Assembly (NCBI GenBank): GCA_947478455.1
Contig: CANJWR010000001.1
Span: forward strand, 2,928 to 66,927
DNA from: Beijerinckiaceae bacterium
GTDB taxonomy: Bacteria > Pseudomonadota > Alphaproteobacteria > Rhizobiales > Beijerinckiaceae
Length of the DNA: 64,000 nucleotides
Direction: 5' to 3'
Shown one piece after another: positions 62,639-64,000 of the stretch; positions within the stretch are counted from its first letter, which is position 1; each line of letters starts with the position of its first letter. The position numbers and the translations under genes were made by a program. The notes under the pieces were generated by a model. The model did not search any database. It had not been told where the DNA came from and worked only from the letters and a program-made list of their open reading frames with translations.

Positions 62639-63154
62639 TCAGCGAATCGTCAGAACGGGGTGTCTTCCCAGCCGCGGCAGCAGCCGTCGCATGTCGACTG
62701 CGGATATGGCGATGCAGCCTTCCGTTGGACCGCCCATTTCATTGGAAAGATGAAGAAAGATGGCGCTACCGAACCCCTTCACACGGGGGGTCTGATTGTG
62801 ATCGAGAAGAAGCACGACATCATAAACGCTGTCTTCGCGCCAAAGCCGCTCATGACGGCCGCCAAACGGGAGACTAACCTCTCGATTGTATACGGAGTTG
62901 CCAATGTCATCGCACCAGCCAGAACTCAGTTTGATCTGTTTCGAGCGAACTAACCAGCTGTTTAGGCGGAATTTGTCAGGCCGATAGCGAAGACTGGATA
63001 GTCGAAACGAACCTAATGGTGTAGCCCCATCGCCCTCTCGTTTTGCAGCCCTGACGCCGGTTCGCCCTATCGAACAAGGCACGACAGTTGCGCCAGCAAT
63101 CAAATGTCCCCGATGCCGTCGCCCATCCCGACTTGCAGCAGCCTGAAAGACCAT
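62639..63154 (-). CDS. L,D-transpeptidase catalytic-domain (YkuD-like) family protein
   Basis: GDGATPLGSF...SAIFLHL...PTEGCIAIS (His/Cys catalytic motif). The start is placed at the ATG at 63154 (171 aa). The ORF is open up to 63289. Confidence 0.75.
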   Translation of the reverse strand: MVFQAAASRDGRRHRGHLIAGATVVPCSIGRTGVRAAKREGDGATPLGSFRLSSLRYRPDKFRLNSWLVRSKQIKLSSGWCDDIGNSVYNREVSLPFGGRHERLWREDSVYDVVLLLDHNQTPRVKGFGSAIFLHLSNEMGGPTEGCIAISAVDMRRLLPRLGRHPVLTIR

Positions 63155-63356
63155 TAGTGTTTTCAGCCTGAAAGGCTTGTTCTGAAAGCCAGCTTTGATC
63201 GTTGAACACGTCTTTCTCATTTTTCCGTGTCTTTCCTTCCCGGACGGATCGGGCTCTTGCGGAGATCGCCAACATGCCCCACCTTGCACGCCGAGCGCTG
63301 GGGAAGCCTGAACCGGAAATCCTGGCTGGTCTGTTCAAACAGCTTGGAAGACATTT

Positions 63357-64000
63357 ATGACCCAGGTTCGGAAGATCCTGATAGCCGACGACGACAACGA
63401 TCTGCGCGAAGCTCTCGCCGAACAGCTTGCTCTTCACGAGGAATTCGAACCGATCCAGGCCGATTCGGCAACCAAAGCTATCAATATCATGCGGACCCAG
63501 CAGCCGGATCTGGTCATCTTGGACGTCGGTCTTCCGGATATGGACGGACGCGAAGCGGTCAAGATCGTTCGCAAGGACGGGTTCAAGAATCCCGTGATTA
63601 TGCTGACTGGGCATGTGTCGGACGCCGACGCCATTCTGGGTCTGGAATCTGGCGCAAACGATTACGTCAACAAGCCATTCCGGTTTGCAGTCCTTCTAGC
63701 TCGCATTCGCGCCCAGTTGCGGCAGCATGAAGCCAGCGACGACGCCATTTTCCAGATTGGGCAATACACGTTTCGACCGAGCTCCAAGCATCTGGTCAAT
63801 GAGAAGGGCGCTAAACTGCGGTTGACCGAAAAGGAAACCGCTATTTTGCGTTTTCTGTATCGTGCAGGTCCGCAAGTGGTCTCCCGCGAAGTGCTATTGC
63901 GAGAGGTATGGGGCTACAACGCAAACGTGACAACGCATACTCTTGAAACACATATTTATCGCCTTCGGCAAAAAGTCGAGCGTGATCCGGCGAATGCTCA
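63357..64000 (+). CDS. OmpR/PhoB-family response regulator (CenR-like), 3-prime end cut by the window edge
   Basis: This is my own translation from the ATG at 63357: MTQVRKILIADDDNDLREALAEQL...LDVGLPDMDGRE...GANDYVNKPFRFAVLLARIRAQLRQHE...VTTHTLETHIYRLRQKVERDPANA. It is absent from the ORF track because no stop lies inside the window. Confidence 0.85.
   Translation, partial: MTQVRKILIADDDNDLREALAEQLALHEEFEPIQADSATKAINIMRTQQPDLVILDVGLPDMDGREAVKIVRKDGFKNPVIMLTGHVSDADAILGLESGANDYVNKPFRFAVLLARIRAQLRQHEASDDAIFQIGQYTFRPSSKHLVNEKGAKLRLTEKETAILRFLYRAGPQVVSREVLLREVWGYNANVTTHTLETHIYRLRQKVERDPANA

Noticed and set aside
1-64000. A window-wide search for CRISPR repeats, tRNA/rRNA/tmRNA genes, IS elements, integrases, phage genes, restriction-modification or other defence modules, and a novel multi-gene system
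   Set aside because: None was found by eye. Nearly every ORF longer than 100 aa that is not antisense to a known gene belongs to a recognisable housekeeping family, and spacers are short. Small RNAs and short peptides cannot be excluded without covariance-model or expression data.

Overview
This window reads as a conserved, origin-proximal core chromosome segment of an alphaproteobacterium. The gene order resembles Hyphomicrobiales/Rhizobiales, and CtrA-type and GANTC-type motifs are present. It is not an accessory island. About 65 protein genes can be assigned to well-known families. From left to right they are: ubiB (cut by the window edge), coaBC-dut-rrf2, cysK, a DapA-family gene plus a TauE exporter, rpsT and dnaA. 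Next come a PotF-like binding protein plus an aminotransferase, and a cobalamin uptake/salvage locus (cobU, btuF-like, B12 riboswitch, btuB, btuC-like, btuD-like). Then follow mmcB, regA/regB (actR/actS), an orphan Rieske oxygenase, phaZ, trmB, metK, lnt and corC-ybeY-phoH-miaB. After these come rimI-tsaB, nfu, trpS, hslVU, the his operon (hisB-DUF2628-hisHAFE), coaA and an adenosine kinase. The classic alphaproteobacterial origin cluster closes the window: mltA, tim44-like, secB, dnaQ, coaE, maf, ppsR-like, hemE, hemJ, rho, mnmE, mnmG, rsmG, parA, parB, holA, lptE and leuS, followed by yggS, an L,D-transpeptidase-like gene and a response regulator that runs off the right edge. The non-coding features I can support are a cobalamin riboswitch, two perfect parS palindromes, and a candidate oriC upstream of hemE with a perfect DnaA box, an AT-rich block and a TTAA-N7-TTAA site. 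I can also support a sigma-32-like promoter for hslVU and two intrinsic terminators. I found no tRNA or rRNA genes, CRISPR arrays, transposases, integrases, prophage genes or recognisable defence or toxin modules. I do not see convincing evidence for a novel multi-gene system here. The observations most worth a second look are the origin architecture, a GANTC-dense and unusually long rpsT-dnaA spacer, a strongly AT-shifted hemJ gene, the back-to-back layout of btuF and the B12 riboswitch, and a few orphan or oddly coupled genes. All coordinates, motif matches and GC values are hand-derived from the sequence. No database searches were run.
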